Below, one piece after another: positions 11,900 to 24,100 of a DNA stretch of 64,000 nucleotides. Below the pieces are notes generated by a model. That model was given only the letters and a program-made list of their open reading frames with translations, was not told the origin of the DNA and did not search any database. Position numbers and translations under genes: made by a program. Numbering within the stretch: the first letter of the stretch is position 1; each line of letters starts with the position of its first letter. Source of the stretch: Macrostomum lignano (lineage: Eukaryota); assembly GCA_002269645.1 (NCBI GenBank), contig NIVC01000384.1, positions 186,001-250,000 of the forward strand. Direction: 5' to 3'.

Positions 11900-14800
11900 A
11901 TGTCTACAACAATGGCCATCAATCAACATAACAATGACAAGGCAATTGAAAAAGTATTTGCTGATGCAGAAAAAAATGGCTGTCTAAAGTTGTCAAAGAA
12001 AAAATTAAAGTTATTGCCTGCAACAATTGGTGGCTTTAATCTATTTGATCTGCTACATGTTGGTAAGATTATGTATTATAAATTGTATCATACAGTAGAT
12101 ACATGTACCAGCTCACTTTTGAAATAAAGTTGAAGTTTTAATTTTAAGTTTTTTAGTAAATACATCATCTTAATGACATTGATTTCTTCCTTTTAGATTT
12201 GTCTAACAACCGGTTTACTGAGTTTCCAAAGCACTTATGCAGCTGCCAGTTTGTACAGTGCATTGATTGTTCACACAACTCAATTCGGTCAATTCCTGAT
12301 ACATTTAGACTGCTTCATAATCTTCAACAATTAGATCTTAGCTACAATTGTCTTACACAATTTCCTTCTATCATATGTGAGCTAAGATCATTACAAATTC
12401 TAATATTGAATAGCAATAAGCTTGTAGAATTACCTCATGAGTTAGGTGGATTAACTGAGCTTGTACAGTTGGTAAGTGATTTTCTTAATATTTCTACATT
12501 AGCCATGATTGTTGTTCTTAAAAAGTTTTTTGTTACCTAAATTTTTTAGGAGGCCAGCAACAATGCCTTGCAAACAGTGTCACCTCGTTTATCTAGTTTA
12601 GATAAACTTCGAGTGCTAAAATTGCATAATAATAAACTGATTACAGTTCCCAGTGGTGAGTAATGTTTTACTTTGGTTAAAATTTATGTCAAGCAAACGT
12701 TAGTTATCTAAGAATTGATTTATCACTATCTTTATCACCGCAGAGTGGTCAACTCTGAAGCTGACCTGCCTCGATCTGTCTGGCAATCGTCTGCAGCAGT
12801 TGCCTCACGACTACAGGCTTTTGCATGACACTCTCCAAGAGCTCTGCCTCGACCTTAACCCCATGCTGTCCCCTCCAGCCACTGTGTGCGCTCGTGGACT
12901 TCGTCACGTGATGAAGTATCTCACCGTGGAGAGCATTCGCGAGGGTCAAACTCTTGGCAAATCTGCTTCCAGAGCTGACAAGCAAATCTACCGCCATCTG
13001 CAGCATCAGCAACAGCAGTTGAACGGTCTGGCAGCTGCTCAGAATCAGAGCGGGGACGCCAATTCATTGTCTTCTTCTTCGGCGAGTTATTTGAGACGGC
13101 TTCGGGTTAGCGCCTCTCCGCCCAAGTCTGTGAGTTTATAAACCATTTGGATGGCAATTCAGCATTTGACCTGCTTTGCCCATTTGCCTTTCACTGTCTC
13201 TGTGTGTTCTTATTCATTTTGCTGGCTTACCATATCATACCATAACTCTGTCTCTCTCCTTTGACTCCCTCACTGTCATTTGACTCTCCCACTGTTCTTT
13301 GACTCCCCAACTGTCCTCTGACTCCCCCACTGTCCTTTGACTCCCGCACTGTCCTTTGACTCCCCACTGTCCTCTGACTCCCCCCACTGTCCTTTGACTC
13401 CCGTATTGTCCTTTGACTCCCCCCCACTGTCCTTTGACTCCCGCACTGTCCTTTGACTCCCGCACTGTCCTTTGACTCCCGCACTGTCCTTTGACTCCCG
13501 CACTGTCCTTTGACTCCCGCACTGTCCTTTGACTCCCGCACTGTCCTTTGGCTCCCCCCACTGTCCTTTGACTCCCGCATTGTCCTTTGACTCTCCCACT
13601 GTCCTTTGACTCCCGCACTGTCCTTTGACTCCCCACTGTCCTGTGACTCCCCCCACTGTCCTTTGACTCCCGCATTGTCCTTTGACTCCCCCCCACTGTC
13701 CTTTGACTCCCGCACTGTCCTTTGACTCCCGCACTGTCCGTTGACTCCCGCACTGTCCTTTGACTCCCGCACTGTCCTTTGACTCCCGCACTGTCCTTTG
13801 ACTCCCGCACTGTCCTCTGACTCTCCCACTGTCCTTTGACTCCCCATTGTCCTTTGACTCCCCCCACTGTCCTTTGACTCCTCTCCCCACTGACCTCTGA
13901 CTGATAAACTCTGTCTTTTATGAAAAATTATAAGAATTATAAGATTATTGTAAGTTATAAGATCATTGTAGCCCTATTAAGATCTGCGCGGTGCTGTTCA
14001 TTTATCTCAAACTCGCTTAGCTTATAATTTTAGTTTAGTATAGATTCAAGAAGCGGTCCCTCTGCCCTTTATTAAGCCGCTAACTTAACTTTAACAAGTC
14101 AACAGAGAAAAAGTCCTACTGCTGCAGCCTCGCGCTTGTCATGCCTATATTTAGAAATGCTTAGCGTATAAACTTAAATGTAATAAGTTATTTATAAGCT
14201 GAAGTGTGTGTTTCGCCTTTTTGTTTTACTGACATCTCTCTCATACTTAGTCTAATCCCTTGTAACGGCTAAGAGAATTATACTATACTGGTTCCCGTCA
14301 TGAAACCGTGTTATATTATATGTACAAGGGAGAGACTGCTTGGGGTGCACTATACCCACGGTACGGTTATATAGCCGTTATAAAGGAGATGAGGAACCCT
14401 GAAAAGCTTCTGCCCCCCCCCCCAGGCCCCAGATACCAACCCCCTCCCCCCAAACTTTTCGCTTAATTTACGAGTTGATTAACGCCATTTACTCTGACTG
14501 GGCCGCCTGGCTACAGAATTTGCTGAAAATTGGCTTAGAAGGAAACACGAGATGCCGCTCGCGCCCCTTGCGGCTAAATAATTATAACTTAGCTGAGCTA
14601 ACTAAATTTATATATCTTCTAAGTTTACTAATGAAGCTCTGTCAGCTCGGCTGCTAATTTCAACAGAGAGAGTTGACAAATAGAATGTAAAATATTTATT
14701 AGTAGACTGGTAATTAATAATCAAATTAGTCCGTATAATTAGCATCATTTCTATTCGCCTAATTGATTCAGAAATTATCAACGAATATTCCGTATAAAAT

Positions 14801-17711
14801 CTCAGTCGAAATTATTTTAAAAAATGAAAGAAAATTTCCCATTAGATTCTCCCTCCAATCAAAATCTCTCATGAGATTCTCCCTACAATCAAAATCTCTC
14901 ATGAGATTCTCCCTCCAATGAAATTCTCCCACGAGATTCTCCCTCCAATGAAATTCTCCCATGAGATTCTCCCTCTATTGAAATTCTCATTTGAGTTTCT
15001 CCTTCCAATGAAATTCTACCATGAGATTCTCCCTCCAATGAAATTCTCCTACGAGATTCTCCCTCTATTGAAATTCTCCCACGAGATTCTCCCTCCAATG
15101 AAATTCTCCCATGAGATTCTCCCTCTATTGAAATTCTCATTTGAGTTTCTCCCTCCAATGAAATTCTACCATGAGATTCTCCCTCCAATGAAATTCTCCC
15201 ACGAGATTCTCCCTCCAATGAAATTCTCCCACGAGATTCTCCCTCCAATGAAATTCTCCCACGAGATTCTCCCTCCAGTGAAATTCTCCCACGAGATTCT
15301 CCATCCAATGAAATTCTCACATGAGATTCTCCCTCCAATGAAATTCTCCTACGAGATTCTCCCTCTATTGAAATTCTCATTTGAGTTTCTCCCTCCAATG
15401 AAATTCTACCATGAGATTTTCCCTCCAATGAAATTCTCCCATGAGATTCTCCCTCCAATGAAATTCTCCTACGAGATTCTCCCTCCAATGAAATTCTCAC
15501 ATGTGTATCTCCCTCCAATCAAAATCTCTCATGAAATTCTCCCTCCAATGAAAATCTCCGACGAGATTTTCCCTCCAGTGAAATTCTCATTTGAGATTCT
15601 CCCTCCAATGAAATTCTACCATGAGATTCTCCCTCCAATGAAATTCTCCCACGAGATTCTCCCTCCAATGAAATTCTCCCATGAGATTCTCCCTCCAATG
15701 AAATTCTCCCACGAGATTCTCCCTTTAATGAAATTCTCATGTGAGATTCTCCCTCCAATGAAATTCTCCCATGAGATTCTCCCTCCAATTAAATTCTCCC
15801 ATGAGATTCTCCCTCCAATGAAGTTCTCCCACGAGATTCTCCCTTTAATGAAATTCTCATGTGAGATTCTCCCTCCAATGAAATTCTACCATGAGATTCT
15901 CCCTCCAATAAAATTCTCCCATGAGATTCTCTCTCCAAAGAAAATCTCCCACGAGATTCTCCCTCCAATGAAATTCTCCCACGAGATTCTCCCTCCAATG
16001 AAATTCTCCTGTTGGATTCTCCCTCCAAAGAAAATCTTCCATGAGATTCTTTAATGAAAATTTCCGATGACAATGAAAATCTTATAGTAAAAACTGACCT
16101 GACTAAAATTCGAAGAATACAAAAACATAATTTATCAGGCCCTAGCAACTCCGGAATCGGCCTCAGTTACTCCGCTGCAGCAGCAGCCGCCGCCGACGAC
16201 GACTTCCCTCAGCCATCGGCCTGGCAGCGGAGGTCGCGGTCAAGTGCAGTTCATCGGCAGCAGCAGTTCCGTTGTGGAACGATTGCAGCTTCAGTCTAGC
16301 CGTTTGGGCTCGTCAGTCAACGCTGGCGTTAGCAGCGGCGGCGGTGGCAGCGTTGTGAAATCTCTGAGCTTCTCGTCGGCTCTCAGCTCGCACGCTGAGG
16401 CGCCCTCGTCGAATGAATCGCAGCAGCAGCGCCGTGGGCCGATGTCGCACTCGCCATCAGCTTATCAGATTGGATCAATTCAGGAGCAGCAGCAGCAGCC
16501 GAAGGATCGCGGAGTCGGCGACGCTGCCAGTTCAAGATTGCCACCAGGATCGAGATTCGCTAGCCGTGAGAGCTACAAATGCACAATTAAATTTAAACAG
16601 CCATTTTCGTTGTACTATACCAACAGTAGAATTAGCAGAATATTGCTAGTATTAAATCAATAAGTATAAAATTTTATTAGCTACTCTACTTTACTGATAA
16701 GGTGACGAGGCTTGTTTAAAAAGTTACTACCGCCGTCTACCCCACAGCAGCCGCCGCAGGCTCAACCCAGGTGGACACTCAACTAATTGGCCAAATGAAA
16801 TCCATTCTGGAGCGCCGGCTCAGCTTGGCGTTACCCGACACGCCGGACGGCCTTAATGAAGCCCTTCGCGACGGCGTGCTGTTGTGCTGCCTGGCCAACC
16901 AGATGGCCCCAGACAGCATTCCTAGGGTGCACGTGCCTCCGCAGGGCGTGGCTGAGCTGCCACTGCCAAAGAGTCGCCGCAATATTGAGAACTTTCTGGC
17001 GCTGTGCAGGAGAATCGGATTGCCTGGGGTGAGACTGGGTGGGGTGGAGATTTGGTAGGTTTTTGGGTCGAGTTTTGGTAGGTTTTTGGGTGGAGTTTGG
17101 TAGGTTTTTGGGTGGAGTTTTAGTAGGTTTTTGGGATGGAGTTTTTGTAGGTTTTTGGGATGGAGTTTTGGTAGGTTTTTGGGATGGAGTTTTGGTAGGT
17201 TTTTGGGATGGAGTTTTGGTAGGTTTTTGGGATGGAGTTTTGGTAGGTTTTTGGGTGGAGTTTTGGTAGGTTTTTGGGTGGAGTTTTGGTAGGTTTTTGG
17301 GTGGAGTTTTGGTAGGTTTTTGGGTGGAGTTTTGGTAGGTTTTTGGGTGGAGTTTTGGTAGGTTTTTGGGTGGAGTTTTGGTAGGTTTTTGGGTGGAGTT
17401 TTGGTAGGTTTGTGGGGTGGAGTTTTGGTAGGTTTATAGGGTGGAGTTTATAGCTCCTTGTAGTGGGGTAAGAGTCTCTAACAGAGGGTATACTGGTACA
17501 GAACATTGAACTGGTAGGGTGGCTAGTGTTGAGGTGTATTCAGCCTTCGCTCACACGTACACCAATCCCAAATGCTGGGTCCGCAATCCCGCAGTCGCAG
17601 TCCTTCCTGGTCACGGATCTGATGTCGGGCCCCAGAGGACTGCAGCGAGTAGCCAAGACCGTGCTAGGCCTGGAAGAGCTGACCCAGTCTCAGCTATCGC
17701 CTCGATCTTAG
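11900..17711 (+). CDS. LRCH: Leucine-rich repeat and calponin homology domain protein (LRCH family), 7 exons, 584 aa
   Basis: Exons 11900-12062, 12197-12471, 12550-12655, 12744-13129, 16139-16565, 16748-17028, 17595-17711; GT-AG and phase-consistent, 1755 nt. N-terminal LRRs (DLSNNRFTEFP, DLSYNCLTQFP, ILNSNKLVELP) with cap LNPMLSPPATVCARGLRHVMKYL. C-terminal CH domain (ALRDGVLLCCLAN...SIPRVHVP...KSRRNIENFLALCRRIG). Confidence 0.93.
13255..13900. repeat. 19-bp minisatellite ACTGTCCTTTGACTCCCGC
   Basis: Tandem array in LRCH intron 4; explains the three overlapping minus-strand ORFs. Confidence 0.95.
14838..16052. repeat. 30-bp minisatellite CCATGAGATTCTCCCTCCAATGAAATTCTC
   Basis: About 40 copies in LRCH intron 4; source of the 378-aa MKFSHEILPP ORF. 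Confidence 0.95.
17047..17445. repeat. 23-24-bp minisatellite TTGGTAGGTTTTTGGG(A)TGGAGTT
   Basis: Tandem array in the last LRCH intron. Confidence 0.95.
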
Positions 17712-20700
17712 GAGTGGAATGGGATCTCTATTCCAGAACTATGAAACAAGAAGTCCTTGGTTAACGTCAGTTATTCTTTAAAAAGTAGAAATCTCTATTT
17801 GCATCACATAAATCTATAATCTGCATCATCACTGTATGTCCTTTGATCTTTGAGCTTTTTGAGCTGATGTACTACTTCTATTAAATCGTAGATAGTAGTA
17901 TGCCTAGCTGTTGTGCAAATCATATTGCTCACTTTTTCATTATAAATAATATGAAGAGTTTTCTATTTCCATAATCCAGTGCAAATTGTTTATTAAAATC
18001 AGCTCAAATTAAGATGGACTCATTCTAATATATTTAATAACAAATGTATTTTTTATTATTATAAACATTTGTTTCCCCAAAAAATAACAGCCTACTTATA
18101 TTTCCAATAGCTCTATTAGTAGTATGATTCTAAAAATAGCTCTATTAGTAGTATGATTCTAAAAATAGCTCTATTAGTAGTATGATTCGTGCCATTTACA
18201 AATCTATTGTTTCATTATTTATTAAACGTGCCTTTTATAATATAATTTTCTGATAGTAATAGCAATCATAATTAGTTTGCATTAATTGGTTTATTACTTG
18301 GGCAATACAACCTGCAATATGCCAGTTGATATTTCAAAGCCAATACATAGACTTACTTGTTATCACAATATGCAGCTTTTCATTTCACGGCTGTGCCTGG
18401 TACGGTAAAATTCTACTATTCATTTAGTAAGTGTATGGTCCTTCATACTTTATCAACTAGCAGCATTAGTTACTTGGTTTAAGCTCTTTTTTAATATGCT
18501 TCATTTAATTGTAACTATTAGAGCTAGATGTGGCAATTAAAATATAAAACATTTCAATAGTATATTTTTATTTTAAATTTATCATTTTCTGTAATATAAT
18601 TTGTGTAGAAAATTGCAATTCACTTCACCAGTGCGTTTAATTAATAAATTTTATTCAGCTGCGAGCGAATAAACATATTTAATTTGTTTTATTATTATGG
18701 TCTTTTGTTTATTTTTTTATGCTATCGTCGACAAAATTCACTTTAATCAATTTGTAAAATGTTAAAAATATTTTTAGAATTTAAGAAGCTACAATGCATG
18801 TACCAATAAACTGTAAATTCACATTAAAGCTCACAATTAGGATTGAAAAAAAGACGCAAAAGCTCAAATTTCAAATTTAAAACTTCTACTCGCAACTTGC
18901 CAGTTTATTACAGCTCGTGTATTTAAATAAATTCTTCAATTAGGATAAAAAATAACGCCTATATCCATTATATATTGTCTGAAAACTGTGGCATTTTGAA
19001 AATAGCAATTAATATTCTCTCTTCGAACTATAGAAGAGAGACTATGAAGAATAGGGTAGCAGAATTTATGACGCAAAATTTACTCTGTAATTGGTACACA
19101 GAATTTTACTTTTTTCGTTCATAGAGTTCAGCTATAGCAGCTATTAGCTATTACTAAGAGTAAGACCTTGATAAGTTGTTAATAGCGAAACATTTTACTA
19201 TTAGTAGTTCTATAGACAAATAATTAGTCGATAATTGTGCTACGGAATAATATAATCACAGGCAATCGTAATGTAAACTTCTAGGTGTAGGCAAACAAAA
19301 GTCATACAAGCAAAATGAACTAATTTAAACAAAAATAAAATGTTTTTTTAACAAAACGAAGCTGCGATCTTTTCAAGGACAAAAATAAACGAGTTATTGC
19401 GAAAAAAATTTAAAACACAGGTGAAGGCAGTTTTTTGGAAAAAAAATACGAGTAACTGGTTGAGACAAATATTTAACAAGACGCTTCTATTGCACTTGAG
19501 GTGGAGTTTTTTACCTGCCTGATTTAGTCTGATTAAAGAAACAAACGACAATAGAAACAAAATTGGGTGAACGTTTTCTAGAAATCTAAACCTCGATATA
19601 ATAGTGCTGCTTGATTTTGGATAAGGGTTTGGGGCCGGCTGTACATACATCTATCTCCAGTTGTCTTGGACAGAGTGCTGGGTTTGGGGGGGTGGGGGTA
19701 AGAAGTTTAAGTCTATTTAATGACTGGGGGTAGAAAGGAAGTCAATATCACAAACCAGTTCTGCGGTCAATATAGATAGGCAATCCAGCTAATCTAAAAA
19801 TAGATACGGGTATGTACATGCCCAGTGGACTGGGGATAGAAAGGAAGTCGATATGCGAGCGTAGATAGCAATCTAAGCCGATTTAAAAATAGATGGGGCA
19901 TGTACATTCCCAGTGGACTGCTATTGAAAGCAAATCAATATAGATTCAGCTGATTTTGAATTTAATAGGACAGCGTACATTGCCAGTTGGCTGGGATGGG
20001 CGTAGGAAGATTAGATAGGAAAGTTCAATTGATGTACACAGACCGAATTAGACGCGCTATATGCATAATTAAACGATAAGATCAGGCATACTATTAAATC
20101 GATAGGTTTTTAACCAGGCAACTATACGTATACACAGTCGCCACTTCTATATTAACTTACCAAGCTAAATAATTTTAACAAAAGCACAAATTGAGCATTG
20201 TACGATGTTGAGGTTTGCTTCTAAAAAATAGTATTCAAATTTAGAAAATAACGGAATGGTGACGCACATTTGCACAAGATAGACAGAAAAGTAGAAAGAA
20301 CCTACATAGAGACAGCTGATGTAGCATTAAATGTATAAATATTATATTGTCGCTGCTATAGTAAGGTAGAAATTTAAATTTACGAATCATCGTTATTAAT
20401 AAAACATTTAATTAATAAACACGGTAATGAACTAGGAAAAGCAAATAAAAGAAAAATACAGTTGAATTTCGCTGAATAAATAATTAGCACATATAGCTGT
20501 GCCTCCATTGTACTACTTATTACATTTAGTAATAGCATAAAGCAAAAAAGTCGAAAATCAATCGCGAAAAGAACACAAGGAAGAAAAATTACCTGAATGA
20601 AAAGGTACTTTTAGCATGCTGCTAATTAACAGAAAGGAACATAGGCATTTAGCCTAAGAATCGTCCTAATCTAAATATAGTTTTTCTATACATATCGGCG

Positions 20701-21176
20701 AAAACTCTCCAAATTTTGAAGTTTTTTTCTAAACACATTTATTGGCCTAAAAAGTATTAGCTGACCGTAAATAATTGAAGGAAAAATGAGGGATTTAAAA
20801 AATTTGTAGTACCAAAAATCTTAAATTGTTTCTTAGCAAAACTACTGTTAGTAATATGTACGAGCCCTCACGTTTGTACATTAATGAGAATATAAAAACC
20901 CTAAAATTACTATTTCGTCGAGGCTTACATTTCAATTACAAGTCTAATAAAGCGTGAATGAAAATACTGAACTCACTAAATCTAAAAAGGGGGAAATTTC
21001 TAAATAATAAATCATATTTTTAATGACACTGTAGAGACACAGCTTAGTATATTCAGTCTAAATAAATCTACAAGACCAAGCAATGATACATACACAAAAT
21101 AATCGAAAAAATGTTTGTTTTCAAATTTTTGGTTTGCAAAAAACTTTGTTTAATCAAATAAATAAGTTTTTAAATA

Positions 21177-24100
21177 TTAATCGCTGCTCTGAGTCTGGTC
21201 AGAGGCTGGCGAAGAGCCGGTGGTCGCTGGCTGCTCCGGGACTTCAGTGGCTGAAGACTGTCGATCAGAGGACTGCTGCTGCTGTTGCTTCTGCTGCTGC
21301 TGGTACGTGGCCATTGCCCGGACCAGATAGCCAGTCACCACCTCGGTGAATTTTGGCGGCCTAGCGGCCAACCCAATTCTGGCGCACAGAACCGACACAA
21401 ACGGGGCAGAAGGAGCAGCCGCAGACTCATGTTCGTCTGACGTTCGTTCAGACTCCAGATTCTGCTGGCTATCTCTGTTGCTTTCAACTTGCTGCTGCTG
21501 TATCAAAGCAGCATTGGGCGGCGTCGGCGGCGGCGCATTGTGAAACGAATGACCGCGACGAATCTGCAGAGCGTGTCGGACTTGCCGACCGAAGGTGCGG
21601 GACATTGTCTCGACCTGGATATTGGCAAGGGCGTAGGCGAGATCGAATATACCAGATCATTAGAGATGGCGAGTGTTAAATGCTTTGTGAATGTACAATA
21701 AAAAGAAATTAGAAATGTAGAGATGGGAAAGCGAAAAGGTGAAAGGGGAAGAGAGAGTAAAGACAGGGGAAAGGGAGGTTGAAAAGAAAGGGGGGGGGAG
21801 AAGAGAGGGGAAGAGAGGTGAAGAGAGGAGAAGAGAGGGGAAGAGAGGAGAAGAGAGGAGAAGAGAGGGGAAGAGAGGAGAAGAGAGGGGAAGAGAGGAG
21901 AAGAGAGGGGAAGAGAGGAGAAGAGAGGGGAAGAGAGGAGAAGAGAGGGGAAGAGAGGAGAAGAGAGGGGAAGAGAGGGGAAGAGAGGAGAGGAGAGGAG
22001 AGGAGAAGAGAAGAGAGGGGAAGAGAGGTGAAGAGAGGAGAAGAGAGGGGAAGAGAGGTGAAGAGAGGAGAAGAGAGGGGAAGAGAGGAGAAGAGAGGGG
22101 AAGAGAGGAGAAGAGAGGGGAAGAGAGGGAAAGAGAGAAGAGAGGAGGAGAGGGGGGAAAAGAAGGGAAGAGAGGAAGAGAGGGGTAGACAGGAGAGGCG
22201 AAAAGAGAAAGACCATTCGCAGACCAGCTCAACATCCTCAGCAAGCACTCAACCATTGCTTGCAGCACAAAAATCACAAAAACCAATTTTACCTTCCGAT
22301 TGCTGCTGCCGCCAACTCCGCCGATGTCGCCGCCGTTGCCGTGTCCAGCGAAAGTCGCGGTTGCATAGGCCGGCGGCATGTCCTCGCCGCCGCTGTCGCA
22401 GTCTGGCCGAGCCAACGGCAGCCTGCAGCAGTGCAGATACTCGGCCAGCAGTGCAGCCGTACTACTATCAGTAGTAGCCCTGTTGGCATCGTTGCCATCG
22501 GCGGCTAGATCGCCGACAGTCGAGGCTCGGCTCCATTTGAAGCCGGAGCCGGGATCGAAGGCGAAATGCACCGGCAGGCTGGCGCAGGCTGGTGGTGGCG
22601 TCACCAGCGGGACAGCGCTGGGCAGGTAGTCATCGCCGGACGCTGTTGAGGCTTCCATAGGCAGCAGGGCGGAGAAATGGGCACTGTGGAAGGCCAGCAG
22701 CACAGGGTAGGGGCAGCAGGTCTCTGGGCGTTCCAGCAACGGCAGGTACAGCCCGGCGAACGGGTTTGGCGCCAGGTTGCCACCGTCGGCGGCCTTCACG
22801 TAGGCGTCCGCCACCACCACGATTGGCCGGCGAATGACGTTGGCGGCTACGAATACGTGGATCTCCTCCAGGCTGCTGTACGTATGCCGGTCGCCAGGGG
22901 CTGTCGGGGTCGACTTGGGAGCCGCTCTGCGATGGTGAGTTACAATAGGATCGGTGTACTCAGCAACCGATAGTGATTGTGGTTGCTAGGTGGTTATCAA
23001 GTATGAAATTCTAAGATCAAGAACTGAGGATCTGGGAGACTGGCCCTGCAACTGAGGATCTGGGAGGCTGGCCCAGCAACTGAGGATCTGGGAGGCTGGC
23101 CCAGCAACTGAGGATCTGGGAGGCTGGCCTAGCAACTGCGGATCTGGGAGGCTGGCATCTAAGCCTGAAGATCTGGGAGGCTGCCATCTAAGCCTGAAGA
23201 TCTGGAGGCTGCCATCTAAGCCTGAAGATCTGGGAGGCTGGCATCTAAGCCTGAAGATCTGGGAGGCTGGCATCTAAGCCTGAAGACCTGGGAGGCTGGC
23301 ATCTAAGCCTGAAGATCTGGGAGGCTGGCATCTAAGCCTGAAGATCTGGGAGGCTGGCATCTAAGCCTGAAGATCTGGGAGGCTGGCATCTAAGCCTGAA
23401 GATCTGGGAGGCTGGCATCTAAGCCTGAAGATCTGGGAGGCTGGCATCTAAGCCTGAAGATCTGGGAGGCTGGCATCTAAGCCTGAAGATCTGGGAGGCT
23501 GGCATCTAAGCCTAAAGATCTGGGAGGCTGGCATCTAAGCCCGAGACCCAACAACAAGTGTCACAAAGTTCCCACCTGGCCAGCTGCAGCAGGGATTTCC
23601 ATTCAGCCCGCCACTCGGAGTCGCTCAGCCGGAGTCCGGTGGTTCGAGTCAGCTCGGCGTGAGTCTGCCAGCGCCATCGCCTGTAGAGAGCGGCGCTGCG
23701 CCGGCGCAGATAGCGGTGCAGGGCGGCGCGCAGAGTCAGCTGGCGGTCGTGCGCGCCGTACATGCCTGCAGTGCGGGCAGGCGCAAATATTGCTACTGTA
23801 AGTAGGCGACTAAGAAAGCGAATTTCTAATAGCACAAAAAGCGGCTAGGCTACAATATAAGTTTATAACAAAAAACAGTTACTACTCGAACCCCGCACTC
23901 GATTTAATTCATGCGCAATATGAAACATGGATACGAGCGAGGCTGCCATTAAAAATTGAATGTAACGATAATAAAGCGCTTGGTATGCGAAAATTATTGA
24001 AGTAAAATATAAACAATGTATTTCTTAAACTAAGCACTTTAAATTTTTATTGATCCTGAAAAAACATTTTGAAATACTTTGTTTATTTAGACAGCTAAAT

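Noticed and set aside
14889-16054. Long ORFs (378 aa MKFSHEILPP, 209 aa ISLEGESHGR) as a repeat protein
   Set aside because: They come from a stop-free 30-bp unit inside LRCH intron 4, are open on both strands, and have no unique flanking coding sequence.
21615-22292. Read-through L/S/P/F-rich C-terminus of the 386-aa ORF 21660-22820
   Set aside because: A clear donor at 22292 and acceptor at 21615 join OTU-family sequence in frame; the extension is a translated CT repeat.
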